Notes: generated by a model from the sequence alone, not told the origin. Shown: positions 8,805-16,147, counted from the stretch's first letter. The stretch: DNA of 30,396 nucleotides from a virus (IMGVR_UViG_3300032243_000488:1-30396), one strand, 5' to 3'. Translations and numbers: made by a program.

Positions 8805-9312
8805 TGTTATATCTTTTAAATGTATTATATTTTACCTGTGTTCTTGTTTCTTTTACATATCTTCCTATTGATGGTAATGATATTGATGTATCCACCGCTA
8901 CTTTCTTTAGACTACCGAGAACCATATACTTCTCAAATATTACCTTGTTAAACCAATTTAAATCTCCAAATTCTTCTTCCATTATCTCCATAAACTTATG
9001 TGAATCCATCTCACTCTCTTGATTCATTACCTGTATTGCATCATTTAATTCAACTGTGGTGATATTATCCTTCTTATGTTTCTTATAAAACGGTGATGAA
9101 GGGTAACACCAATTAACCATTAACATCTTTATAATATAATACTTTATACTATTATCGTCAAGTTGTAATTTTATTTCTTTCTTATCATATAATTGAAGTA
9201 TTACCTCATGTAGTAATTCATATGACCAATCATCATTTTTTGTGTATTTCTTTGCTATTGATAATAGAAAATAATAGTTTTTGGTTATATAATTATTTAT
9301 TTCAATCTTCAT
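8797..9312 (-). CDS. ECF/sigma-70-like RNA polymerase sigma factor
   Basis: Region-2-like Y..LLSIAKKYT...SYELLHEVILQL; region-4 HTH SLKKVAVDTSISLPSIGRYVK. Confidence 0.7.
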   Translation of the reverse strand: MKIEINNYITKNYYFLLSIAKKYTKNDDWSYELLHEVILQLYDKKEIKLQLDDNSIKYYIIKMLMVNWCYPSSPFYKKHKKDNITTVELNDAIQVMNQESEMDSHKFMEIMEEEFGDLNWFNKVIFEKYMVLGSLKKVAVDTSISLPSIGRYVKETRTQVKYNTFKRYNNE

Positions 9313-9565
9313 TTAATAATTTTCTGCAATCTAAAAGAACTTCACATACTTCATAATGTTCCAATTGTTCATTAGATATTAAACTACTTTCCAATACATC
9401 TTCAAGGAAAGAAATTCTATTTATGGTGGGATCCAATTCTCTATCTATTTCTAATAGTAATAAATCTATCAATCTATTACATACTGCTTTCTTTTCTTTA
9501 TATGTATATTGATTATAATTCTTTGGTATATCAACCCAACCTAAATCAACTTGCTCTCTTTTCAT
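9302..9565 (-). CDS. Hypothetical protein with a UVR-like C-terminal helix pair (EQLEHYEVC)
   Basis: 87-aa ORF overlapping neighbours; the UVR resemblance is weak. Confidence 0.6.
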   Translation of the reverse strand: MKREQVDLGWVDIPKNYNQYTYKEKKAVCNRLIDLLLLEIDRELDPTINRISFLEDVLESSLISNEQLEHYEVCEVLLDCRKLLNED

Positions 9566-10271
9566 TTCTATATTTACTTACTACTGTTCTTATTAGTGTA
9601 TGGGAACATTTATAAACTTCTGCTATATCAAAATATGTATTACCTATTTCTAGTAGTCTAACAATATCATTAACATTATTATATATACCTGTCTTTAATT
9701 TTCTTCCTCCACCTGCTGATGATTTTCTTTTTGGTTTATCTCTTGGTATTATATTGATAAATACTCCATTTTCTTTTATACCAGGTTTATTCCATATACT
9801 GGTACCTTCATCAAATATCCAACCAAACGCCTTCATAACAGAAAATACTTGTTCCTTTTGATAAATATCAGCGTATATATTTGGTTTTGCTGGTACTCTT
9901 TCACTTCCTCCTCTTTCTTTATTACGTTCTTCTGTACTTTTCTTATAATGTTTATTATAACAAGTTTTACATTTTTTAATTAGATTTTTACTACCATTAG
10001 GATAAAATTTATCCAATGGTTTTATTTCTTTACATACAAAACATTCTTTATACCCTAATTGTAATTCTAAGACCACTGGTTGGATTATCTCCTTCGGTTG
10101 AGGTATATCTATCACCAGTTCCTTTTTAACCTTATTTCGTTCCTTCCAATCTCTTCCTTGCTTTCTAAAACATTCTATACAATACTTCTTTCTATAAACT
10201 TTGTTGGGTTGTTTATCTAATGAATATTCTTCAATTGGTTTTTCTATATTACATTTTGTACATACCGGCAT
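9546..10271 (-). CDS. Tandem zinc-finger plus C-terminal HTH DNA-binding protein, likely start ATG 10271
   Basis: CTKC..EKP..EY...CIEC and CFVC..IKPL..FY...CKTC; HTH GNTYFDIAEVYKCSHTLIRTVV; TATTTATA ends 3 nt before ATG 10271. Confidence 0.75.
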   Translation of the reverse strand: MPVCTKCNIEKPIEEYSLDKQPNKVYRKKYCIECFRKQGRDWKERNKVKKELVIDIPQPKEIIQPVVLELQLGYKECFVCKEIKPLDKFYPNGSKNLIKKCKTCYNKHYKKSTEERNKERGGSERVPAKPNIYADIYQKEQVFSVMKAFGWIFDEGTSIWNKPGIKENGVFINIIPRDKPKRKSSAGGGRKLKTGIYNNVNDIVRLLEIGNTYFDIAEVYKCSHTLIRTVVSKYRNEKRAS

Positions 10272-10292
10272 TACTATAAATAGTTTGGTTTT

Positions 10293-10378
10293 AAACAAAA
10301 GACCCAGCACTTGGAAATGGGAATAACCTTTGGTGCTGGATCAATGAGCGAAAATTGTTTTAGAACTTTCTATATTAT
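10293..10378 (-). ncRNA. Candidate small RNA ending in a large-loop terminator-like hairpin
   Basis: TATTTATA at 10386-10379; stem GAUCCAGCAC/GUGCUGGGUC (10342-10333 / 10310-10301) followed by UUUUGUUU. Confidence 0.45.
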
Positions 10379-10388
10379 TATAAATAAA

Positions 10389-10595
10389 CTAATCTGAATC
10401 TTCAAGAGATAAAAACTCTTTTACTTTATTGATATTCTTTCCATACTGGTTCAGTATTATATTATCACCGGAACTTCTTTCTGTTGAGGATAGTTTCTCA
10501 ATCATAGATATATATTCATTCCTGCTTGTTTGCGGTAATGAATAAAATTCTTTCATTGTTAATTCTTTATCCCTCCAATTCCAACCTTTTTTCAT
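10389..10595 (-). CDS. Hypothetical protein
   Basis: 68-aa ORF with a TATTTATA motif at 10610-10617 upstream. Confidence 0.7.
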   Translation of the reverse strand: MKKGWNWRDKELTMKEFYSLPQTSRNEYISMIEKLSSTERSSGDNIILNQYGKNINKVKEFLSLEDSD

Positions 10596-10647
10596 AATAG
10601 TACTTTTTATATAAATATATATAATTTTATTGATTATAAAAAATCAT

Positions 10648-10669
10648 CCAGTATATACTAGTATACTGG
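10648..10669. repeat. Inverted repeat CCAGTATA-N6-TATACTGG beside a T-rich tract
   Basis: Read directly; lies in the divergent intergenic region. Confidence 0.8.
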
Positions 10670-10821
10670 TGCTCTTTTCTTTTTATTTATTTATTTTGTT
10701 TTGTTTTGTTATGCTAGGGCCGGTAATGCTGGGTAAAAAAATGTGTACAAGATCCAACAGGAGTGCTTACCTGAAGTTTATAGTATCTTTTAACAAATAC
10801 TAGGTTTTTTAACCCTACCTT

Positions 10822-10854
10822 TATAAATATAAACAAATATACCCAAAAGACAAA
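10822..10854 (-). promoter_or_regulatory. Leftward Bacteroidota-type promoter TTTG-N19-TATATTTA
   Basis: Minus strand reads TTTG tcttttgggtatatttgtt TATATTTATA; the spacer also contains a perfect TATATTTG. Confidence 0.65.
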
Positions 10855-10907
10855 ATAAATGTGGAAAAGTATTTTACCTCCAATTTTTTTTTATAAATTA
10901 AAGTATT

Positions 10908-10917
10908 TATATTTATA
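10908..10917 (+). promoter_or_regulatory. Rightward TATATTTATA promoter-like motif for the early block
   Basis: Ends 17 nt upstream of ATG 10935; divergent from the 10822 promoter. Confidence 0.55.
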
Positions 10918-10934
10918 CAAACAAAACAATTTAT

Positions 10935-11375
10935 ATGGCAACAGTTTATCACAACACAACCCATCTTGAGGGTAAAGAACTACAACAAAGAATTGACAAT
11001 GCTGAAGGTCAATTGGAACAGATTCAAGAACTATTCAATATCTATAAATCTATGACAAGATGGGAAACCAGACGAAAGTTCATTGAACATTTTGGTCCAA
11101 TAGATGAAGCACAACCTGGTGCAAGGATTGATGCATTGGTTGATAAAGGTATTATATATAAGTCCACCGAAAAGTGGAGGGAAGAAAAAGGTGCATTTAA
11201 TTTTGTGTATAAATTATATCCAACTGATGGTACTATTCCTGAGGATTATAATAATAAAGTTCCAAAAATTATTGTACCTTTACAGTTCAACGAAGATGGT
11301 ACAGTTGACCTTGAAGCAACATCAGATACATTTATTATTAAATTAAACAAACAAGACAAAAAATATTCACTTTAA
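10935..11375 (+). CDS. Winged-helix DNA-binding protein
   Basis: YHNTT lead-in, ELF...MT..E, ARI.ALVDKG.I.K...G....Y.L wHTH pattern; first gene of the plus-strand block. Confidence 0.65.
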   Translation: MATVYHNTTHLEGKELQQRIDNAEGQLEQIQELFNIYKSMTRWETRRKFIEHFGPIDEAQPGARIDALVDKGIIYKSTEKWREEKGAFNFVYKLYPTDGTIPEDYNNKVPKIIVPLQFNEDGTVDLEATSDTFIIKLNKQDKKYSL

Positions 11376-11387
11376 AATAAAAACAAA

Positions 11388-11615
11388 ATGGGAAACTGTC
11401 CTGAATTTTACTCAAGAGAAGTTAGCATCATGCAACAATCTCAATCAAAACTTGCATTAGAGTTTTTAACACATCATGGAATCATTCCAACACCAATGGA
11501 ACTTTGGTCTGTAACAGAAGTGTTCGTTCAATGTTGTCTTCATAATCAAACTGATGATTTGAAGAAACGATTAAAGGATTTAAATGATTGGATTATTAAA
11601 CGTAAAAATAAATAA
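11388..11615 (+). CDS. Hypothetical protein
   Basis: 75-aa ORF with an A-rich leader, in operon. Confidence 0.75.
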   Translation: MGNCPEFYSREVSIMQQSQSKLALEFLTHHGIIPTPMELWSVTEVFVQCCLHNQTDDLKKRLKDLNDWIIKRKNK

Positions 11616-11616
11616 T

Positions 11617-11793
11617 ATGGACGAAGTAATATTAAAAAAGAAAGAGGTAAAGGCTCTTATTGGTTGTGTTAATTCTTATATAAGAATATGTAATAACTCT
11701 TCACCTGAACCACCAGAACTTACTAAGATTAAAGAAGATTTTATTAAACAATTGAAAAATGTTATTAAAAAAATAGAAAAAATAAATAAATAA
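11617..11793 (+). CDS. Hypothetical protein, likely start ATG 11617
   Basis: TAAtATG coupling to the previous stop. Confidence 0.65.
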   Translation: MDEVILKKKEVKALIGCVNSYIRICNNSSPEPPELTKIKEDFIKQLKNVIKKIEKINK

Positions 11794-11794
11794 T

Positions 11795-12007
11795 ATGAAA
11801 CTTAAAACTTACAAATTAGAAAGAGATAATCGTAAAATAATTATACAACAAATAGAATGGTTAAAAACTGAAACACAAGAAGAATTTGATTGTGATTATA
11901 TCAAGGAGTTATTTCCTATGAATAAAAAGGAATTGATTAAAGTATGGGTTGAATTAGTTATTAAACTAAATTACCCTGAATTAGATTGGATACAAATATA
12001 TTATTAA
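11795..12007 (+). CDS. Hypothetical protein
   Basis: TAAtATG coupling; 70 aa. Confidence 0.7.
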   Translation: MKLKTYKLERDNRKIIIQQIEWLKTETQEEFDCDYIKELFPMNKKELIKVWVELVIKLNYPELDWIQIYY

Positions 12008-12011
12008 ATAT

Positions 12012-12044
12012 TTTGACTTTTGGTAAAAGTTAGTTATATTTATA
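12012..12044 (+). promoter_or_regulatory. Promoter TTTG-N19-TATATTTA(TA)
   Basis: TTTG 12012-12015 and TATATTTA 12035-12042; spacing matches the Bacteroidota -33/-7 consensus. Confidence 0.65.
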
Positions 12045-12045
12045 T

Positions 12046-12190
12046 AGAAGGGGTGAGGATTTATTTATTATAGATTGCCATCTATGTAAGGTTAAGTTTT
12101 GTTATACAACCACCCCTTCTTTTACAACGTCTATTTTTCCATAATAAATAGGATTTTCATACTCACCCCGTTTCTACGGGGTGTTTTAAT
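12046..12190 (+). ncRNA. Candidate structured small RNA (about 145 nt)
   Basis: Lies between a promoter and a terminator; stems 12046-55/12111-20, 12070-75/12080-85, 12131-36/12146-51 and 12164-71/12176-83. Confidence 0.6.
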
Positions 12191-12192
12191 TT
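12164..12192 (+). terminator. Intrinsic terminator CACCCCGT-ttct-ACGGGGTG-TTTTAATTT
   Basis: 8-bp GC-rich stem followed by a T tract. Confidence 0.8.
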
Positions 12193-12198
12193 ACTGAA

Positions 12199-12222
12199 TC
12201 TGTACAGAATGTTGTCTGGCAA
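12199..12222. repeat. 24-bp direct repeat, copy 1 (palindromic core TCTGTACAGA)
   Basis: 22/24 identical to 12624..12647. Confidence 0.85.
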
Positions 12223-12227
12223 AAATA

Positions 12228-12247
12228 TGTGGATAAAATGTTAATAA
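12228..12247. promoter_or_regulatory. Tandem DnaA boxes TGTGGATAA and TGTTAATAA
   Basis: Perfect TTATCCACA reverse complement plus a 1-mismatch box 2 bp away. Confidence 0.55.
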
Positions 12248-12252
12248 CTTTA

Positions 12253-12283
12253 TTTGTACATTCAATATAAGGTTGTACATTCG
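12253..12283 (+). promoter_or_regulatory. Promoter TTTG-N19-TACATTCG
   Basis: One mismatch to TAnnTTTG with correct spacing; upstream of ATG 12324. Confidence 0.6.
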
Positions 12284-12323
12284 TTGTTCATTAATCGGGA
12301 TAGTATCCCACAAAACAAAAGTT

Positions 12324-12569
12324 ATGATAGATAAACAACAACAAGTGACCATTAATCTAAATGAGTATGTCACTTACGAACAAAAGGTAGAAGTAGTGGA
12401 AGGTCTTATGGAACTGTTAGATTTAGAATATGACAGGGAAGACCAAATCATTACATTGAAACGTGATAATGAGGATATACTTCAGTTGGCAATAGAGAAG
12501 TACGAACGTCTAAAGGCCATAAAAATGGCGGATAAGACATTTGATAATCTGTTCCCGTACAAAAAATAG
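12324..12569 (+). CDS. Hypothetical acidic coiled-coil protein, likely start ATG 12324
   Basis: A-rich leader caaaacaaaagttATG; has its own promoter and terminator. Confidence 0.75.
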   Translation: MIDKQQQVTINLNEYVTYEQKVEVVEGLMELLDLEYDREDQIITLKRDNEDILQLAIEKYERLKAIKMADKTFDNLFPYKK

Positions 12570-12593
12570 TTCTGTTTGATTAATAATCCCTTG

Positions 12594-12620
12594 ACCCTCG
12601 TAGAAATACGGGGGTTTTGT
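12594..12620 (+). terminator. Intrinsic terminator ACCCTCGTA-gaaa-TACGGGGGT-TTTGT
   Basis: 9-bp stem with one G-U, GNRA loop and T tract; sits between convergent blocks. Confidence 0.8.
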
Positions 12621-12623
12621 GGT

Positions 12624-12647
12624 TCTGTACAGAATGTTGTTTGACAA
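12624..12647. repeat. 24-bp direct repeat, copy 2
   Basis: tctgtacagaatgttgtttgacaa. Confidence 0.85.
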
Positions 12648-12681
12648 TGCCAGACAATATTGGTTTTAAGACGATTTAAGA

Positions 12682-12900
12682 CTACTTTTTCTCCCATTGA
12701 GCGTAACATATGGCGGACGATTGTTCCTGTCCATATTCGTCTATAATTGAAGATATACACCTACTAATATATTTGTCTTGTTCCTCACCTTTTTCGGGTG
12801 ATGGGATTGGGAAACCATCTTTAATTAACGCAGGAACCATAGGTGGTTCAATCTCTTTTTTAAGTTCTATTCTAATTCTTATTAAATCTTGAATATTCAT
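12682..12900 (-). CDS. Small hypothetical protein with a PIPSP..GE....YISRC...AICY..W module
   Basis: Last gene of the head operon; ATG directly after the previous stop. Confidence 0.75.
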   Translation of the reverse strand: MNIQDLIRIRIELKKEIEPPMVPALIKDGFPIPSPEKGEEQDKYISRCISSIIDEYGQEQSSAICYAQWEKK

Positions 12901-12901
12901 A

Positions 12902-13264
12902 TTATTTTAAACTTAATTGGTATCTTGTATTAGATATTAATTCAGATATATTATCTATTTGATTTTGAACCCATGATTCTTGACAAGGAATAGTTTTTCT
13001 ATTTGTTTCCACAAAATCGTACAAACCCTTAAAATAGATGGCAGAACCACCTTCTTTCCAATCAACAGGATTAGATAAAGTATAAGAAGTGATACGAGGA
13101 GCATATCCTTGAATTGACTCCACCAACCCATCAATACGTTCAAGAATTTCTTCGTAATAATTTTGTAATGCTTTATGTTCACTAAACGATGTTGTTTGAT
13201 GATGCCATGTTATAGCTTGTTGTTTGCTCTGATGTAGAGTTGAGATAAATTGATTTATTTCCAT
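12902..13264 (-). CDS. Ferritin/Dps-like four-helix protein (DUF5856-like), likely start ATG 13264
   Basis: WHHQTTSFSEHKAL..YY.......D.LVE..QG and NQID.I..LI..T.Y.L. Confidence 0.8.
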   Translation of the reverse strand: MEINQFISTLHQSKQQAITWHHQTTSFSEHKALQNYYEEILERIDGLVESIQGYAPRITSYTLSNPVDWKEGGSAIYFKGLYDFVETNRKTIPCQESWVQNQIDNISELISNTRYQLSLK

Positions 13265-13281
13265 ATTATATTTTTTTTGTT

Positions 13282-13911
13282 TTAGAAGCAATCGGGACAG
13301 TTCCACCAGTTCTCTGCTTGTTCAGAATATGGTCTTATGTTTCCTCCACCAGCAACTCCCAAGTTTTTCATACTCCAACCCTTACGAGTTGAATCTCTTA
13401 GGAATATACCATTATTATATTTTTGAACCCTATCTGGTATCATACCATCAATAGTTGATGAACTAAGATAATCAGGAAATTTATTTTGACCACGACCTGT
13501 TAATAGATAATCAATAAGTCTTTGACTATAAAAGTCTGCTCTTTGTTTTTGTAATGAACGAAGATATTTCATAGTTTCAATCTGAACAGGAGCACCAAAT
13601 TCATTATTACCCTCTTGGATACCTCTGTTTAAAGTTCTATACATTAGGTGAGGAATTGCATTAAAGTAAGCAGTTTGAATAAGATATGGTTGTATATAAG
13701 AATTTACCAATTCTAATTCATCAGCATTGAATGTATTACCTGTTGTACCTACTTGTGATAATAAATGATTATAAAATCTACTACCTAATATAGTTTGTAG
13801 ATCAATGTCTTGAGCAACTTGAACTTCTGCTTTAAGAACGTCCATATCGACATTCTTATTTATGTTTGTGAAGTTTTTTAATTTAACTTCTGAGATTAAT
13901 AATACGCCCAT
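13282..13911 (-). CDS. Putative head-tail adaptor/connector
   Basis: Directly after the portal; N.NVD.D.L......AQD..L..ILG...Y pattern; helical. Confidence 0.6.
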   Translation of the reverse strand: MGVLLISEVKLKNFTNINKNVDMDVLKAEVQVAQDIDLQTILGSRFYNHLLSQVGTTGNTFNADELELVNSYIQPYLIQTAYFNAIPHLMYRTLNRGIQEGNNEFGAPVQIETMKYLRSLQKQRADFYSQRLIDYLLTGRGQNKFPDYLSSSTIDGMIPDRVQKYNNGIFLRDSTRKGWSMKNLGVAGGGNIRPYSEQAENWWNCPDCF

Positions 13912-15065
13912 TATATTTGTATTGGAGTTGTTGGTTTATCTATTACTACAGGATTATCTTGAACATCACCTGTTAAGAATATACTTAATGGTTTAACTTC
14001 TAATGTAGTAGGTTTTTCAAATTTCAATGATAATAATTTATTAAACACTGGTAATATTTGATCTTGATATGGTTGAATAACCATCTTACGGAAATATTCT
14101 GAATGTTGAACTATCTCATCACTACCACCCAATTTTCCTGATGTAGCAATTCCAAACAACTCAGCACTTGATACTCTATGTGAAGATAATATTGTTCTTG
14201 TTATATCATCATTTAAAGTTTGATAATAACTATCGTGATCATCTCTTGGTATTTGTGTAATGTCAGGAGATTGTTCCTTACTTTCATTAAATGATATAAT
14301 AGCTTGACCTGCATTATCTGAACCACCATATTGACTTTCCAATGCTCTAACAATAATTCTTTGTTCTTCTTCACCTGGTATCCCATTATTATAGTTAATC
14401 CAAAGAGAAGGGTTCATACCCTTTCTAAGGTTATTCATATGATAATTAAGAGATTCAATATTAATTTCAATTGCTCTTTGTCCTGCTGACCAATCAGGTA
14501 CAGGATAATAACTCATTGATGGTAAATAATTCTTAAAATATAATAATTGTGAAGGATCTTTTTCATTCTGATTAAATGCTTTAATCTCTTTTGGTGTATA
14601 TTTTTTTACATTTGACCAATCAGGACTGTAATAATAACAATCAATCTTATCATCTTGATTTAATTTACCACTTCTAATACGAGAAAAATCCACATGATAT
14701 ATCTCAGCAATACTTTTTCTATCTTTTGACCATATTACATTTAAAGAAAATCCACCAAACATCATATAATCAAGTGACACTTTTCTCATTACCTCACTTA
14801 CATTCTCAGATGGATTAATCAAATTAATTGTAGCCATTGGGTTATTTAATGATACAATACCGTCACCCATAATTTGGTTCACTTTTGATGTAACCACCGC
14901 TTTATGTATTGCACAGTTGTCATATAGACCTATAAAATATTGAGGTAATAGGTTATTTAAACCATAGAACACCCAATCTAATCGGTTAATTACTTCAGCA
15001 AAGACAGGTAAAGACGCCTGTGAAAAATCAATCTTCTTTAAATCAAACTTTTTTAATTCACTCAT
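13911..15065 (-). CDS. Portal protein
   Basis: YG..NLLPQY, H.A.V..K, D...FGG, YYP.PDW, N....G..PS, G..NAG and I...HRV.S..LFG motifs. Confidence 0.85.
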   Translation of the reverse strand: MSELKKFDLKKIDFSQASLPVFAEVINRLDWVFYGLNNLLPQYFIGLYDNCAIHKAVVTSKVNQIMGDGIVSLNNPMATINLINPSENVSEVMRKVSLDYMMFGGFSLNVIWSKDRKSIAEIYHVDFSRIRSGKLNQDDKIDCYYYSPDWSNVKKYTPKEIKAFNQNEKDPSQLLYFKNYLPSMSYYPVPDWSAGQRAIEINIESLNYHMNNLRKGMNPSLWINYNNGIPGEEEQRIIVRALESQYGGSDNAGQAIISFNESKEQSPDITQIPRDDHDSYYQTLNDDITRTILSSHRVSSAELFGIATSGKLGGSDEIVQHSEYFRKMVIQPYQDQILPVFNKLLSLKFEKPTTLEVKPLSIFLTGDVQDNPVVIDKPTTPIQI

Positions 15066-15068
15066 AAA

Positions 15069-15440
15069 TTATTCTTGTATGTATATATAATTTGAATTAG
15101 TTTCATTATTAGAGACATACTCTGTAAATGGATTTGATTCAGCAGTACCATCAAGTACCACCATACCAACAAAAACTAACTCATTATCGGGTTGACCATA
15201 TATATTTAATTGGTATTGTCCCTCGTAATTTAAATCGTTAGAATTTAAATTTAATGTGATTGTACAATATCTAATATTTTGAAAAAATTGAGTTGGATTG
15301 TTTGTAGAAACAGAATATGTTTTTACTTCCTTACTCATAATATGTGTAAAAATCAAATCATAACTTGTGAATGTACTTCTTGAGTTATTGTTAATATTTA
15401 ATACCAATGTGTTTTGTACCCCTTTATTCATGTATAACAT
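15069..15440 (-). CDS. Virion structural protein (beta-rich; possible head closure)
   Basis: 123 aa between the tail tube and portal; EGQY...IY motif. Confidence 0.5.
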   Translation of the reverse strand: MLYMNKGVQNTLVLNINNNSRSTFTSYDLIFTHIMSKEVKTYSVSTNNPTQFFQNIRYCTITLNLNSNDLNYEGQYQLNIYGQPDNELVFVGMVVLDGTAESNPFTEYVSNNETNSNYIYIQE

Positions 15441-15459
15441 AATATATATAATTCCTACC

Positions 15460-15467
15460 TATAAATA
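15460..15467 (-). promoter_or_regulatory. TATTTATA promoter-like motif (TATATTTATAGGTAGG)
   Basis: Just after the 15505 terminator and upstream of ATG 15440. Confidence 0.6.
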
Positions 15468-15496
15468 TATAAAAAATCACTTTGAATAGGTATGTT

Positions 15497-15520
15497 AAAA
15501 AAAAAGGGTCCGAAGACCCT
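15497..15520 (-). terminator. Intrinsic terminator with cUUCGg loop
   Basis: Minus strand AGGGTC-TTCG-GACCC followed by nine T; after the tail tube gene. Confidence 0.9.
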
Positions 15521-15569
15521 CTTTATGATATAGGAGATATATAGATTGTCCTTTTGGACTAACATTTAA

Positions 15570-16118
15570 TTACCCTACGATACTTGCACCTGTAAATACT
15601 GAAGCTAAACTTCCTATAATTACGTTTGCTGGTTCTTTTTCTTGACCTGTGAAAATCATTTCAAAACCATTTCTATCACCGTAAGCAGTACCAGTAGCAG
15701 CAGAACCACCACTTAAATACATACCATTTACTTGACCTAAGTAATATTGTGTATCAAGTTGATCAATTGCAATGATTTGAAGTTTATCGTTTTGAGATAA
15801 AATCTTTAATTGGTTTCTTTTATCTTGATCGTATTTGAAGAACACAGCTGTTAAAACTTGTTCAAAATAAATAGTACCATTTTCAAAACTCTTAGTCGTA
15901 TTTTGAGTAAGAGTAGATGTATTTCTTTTTAATTCAAAGCCATATAAAGTAGTTCCTGTAGTAGAAGTAGCACCTGTGATTGCACCTAAATCGGGTGCTA
16001 TCGTGTCAAAAGTAAGTCCTGTAACAGACCCACCACCACCAACGATGTAGATTTTCTTAATACCACCAATACCATCTGAACAACCTAATTGGATCCCTGA
16101 AGAGATATAACATGACAT
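15570..16118 (-). CDS. Major tail (tube) protein
   Basis: C.....C..G.GG.K..Y, ENGT.YFEQ.L, G...G......TG.A.GD.NG....F.G.E..P; follows the capsid gene. Confidence 0.7.
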   Translation of the reverse strand: MSCYISSGIQLGCSDGIGGIKKIYIVGGGGSVTGLTFDTIAPDLGAITGATSTTGTTLYGFELKRNTSTLTQNTTKSFENGTIYFEQVLTAVFFKYDQDKRNQLKILSQNDKLQIIAIDQLDTQYYLGQVNGMYLSGGSAATGTAYGDRNGFEMIFTGQEKEPANVIIGSLASVFTGASIVG

Positions 16119-16147
16119 ATTGTTTATATTTTAATTTTTTTTTAATA

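Noticed and set aside
10741-10803. 20-aa plus-strand micro-ORF MCTRSNRSAYLKFIVSFNKY
   Set aside because: It has an A-rich leader but no plus-strand promoter, and it opposes the leftward promoter; too little support
12191-12760. Minus-strand ORFs 12191..12373 and 12482..12760
   Set aside because: They overlap better-supported genes, promoters and terminators, and lack recognisable features
13265-13306. N-terminal targeting leader on the ferritin-like protein
   Set aside because: It depends on a GTG inside the upstream gene; ATG 13264 has a much better A-rich context
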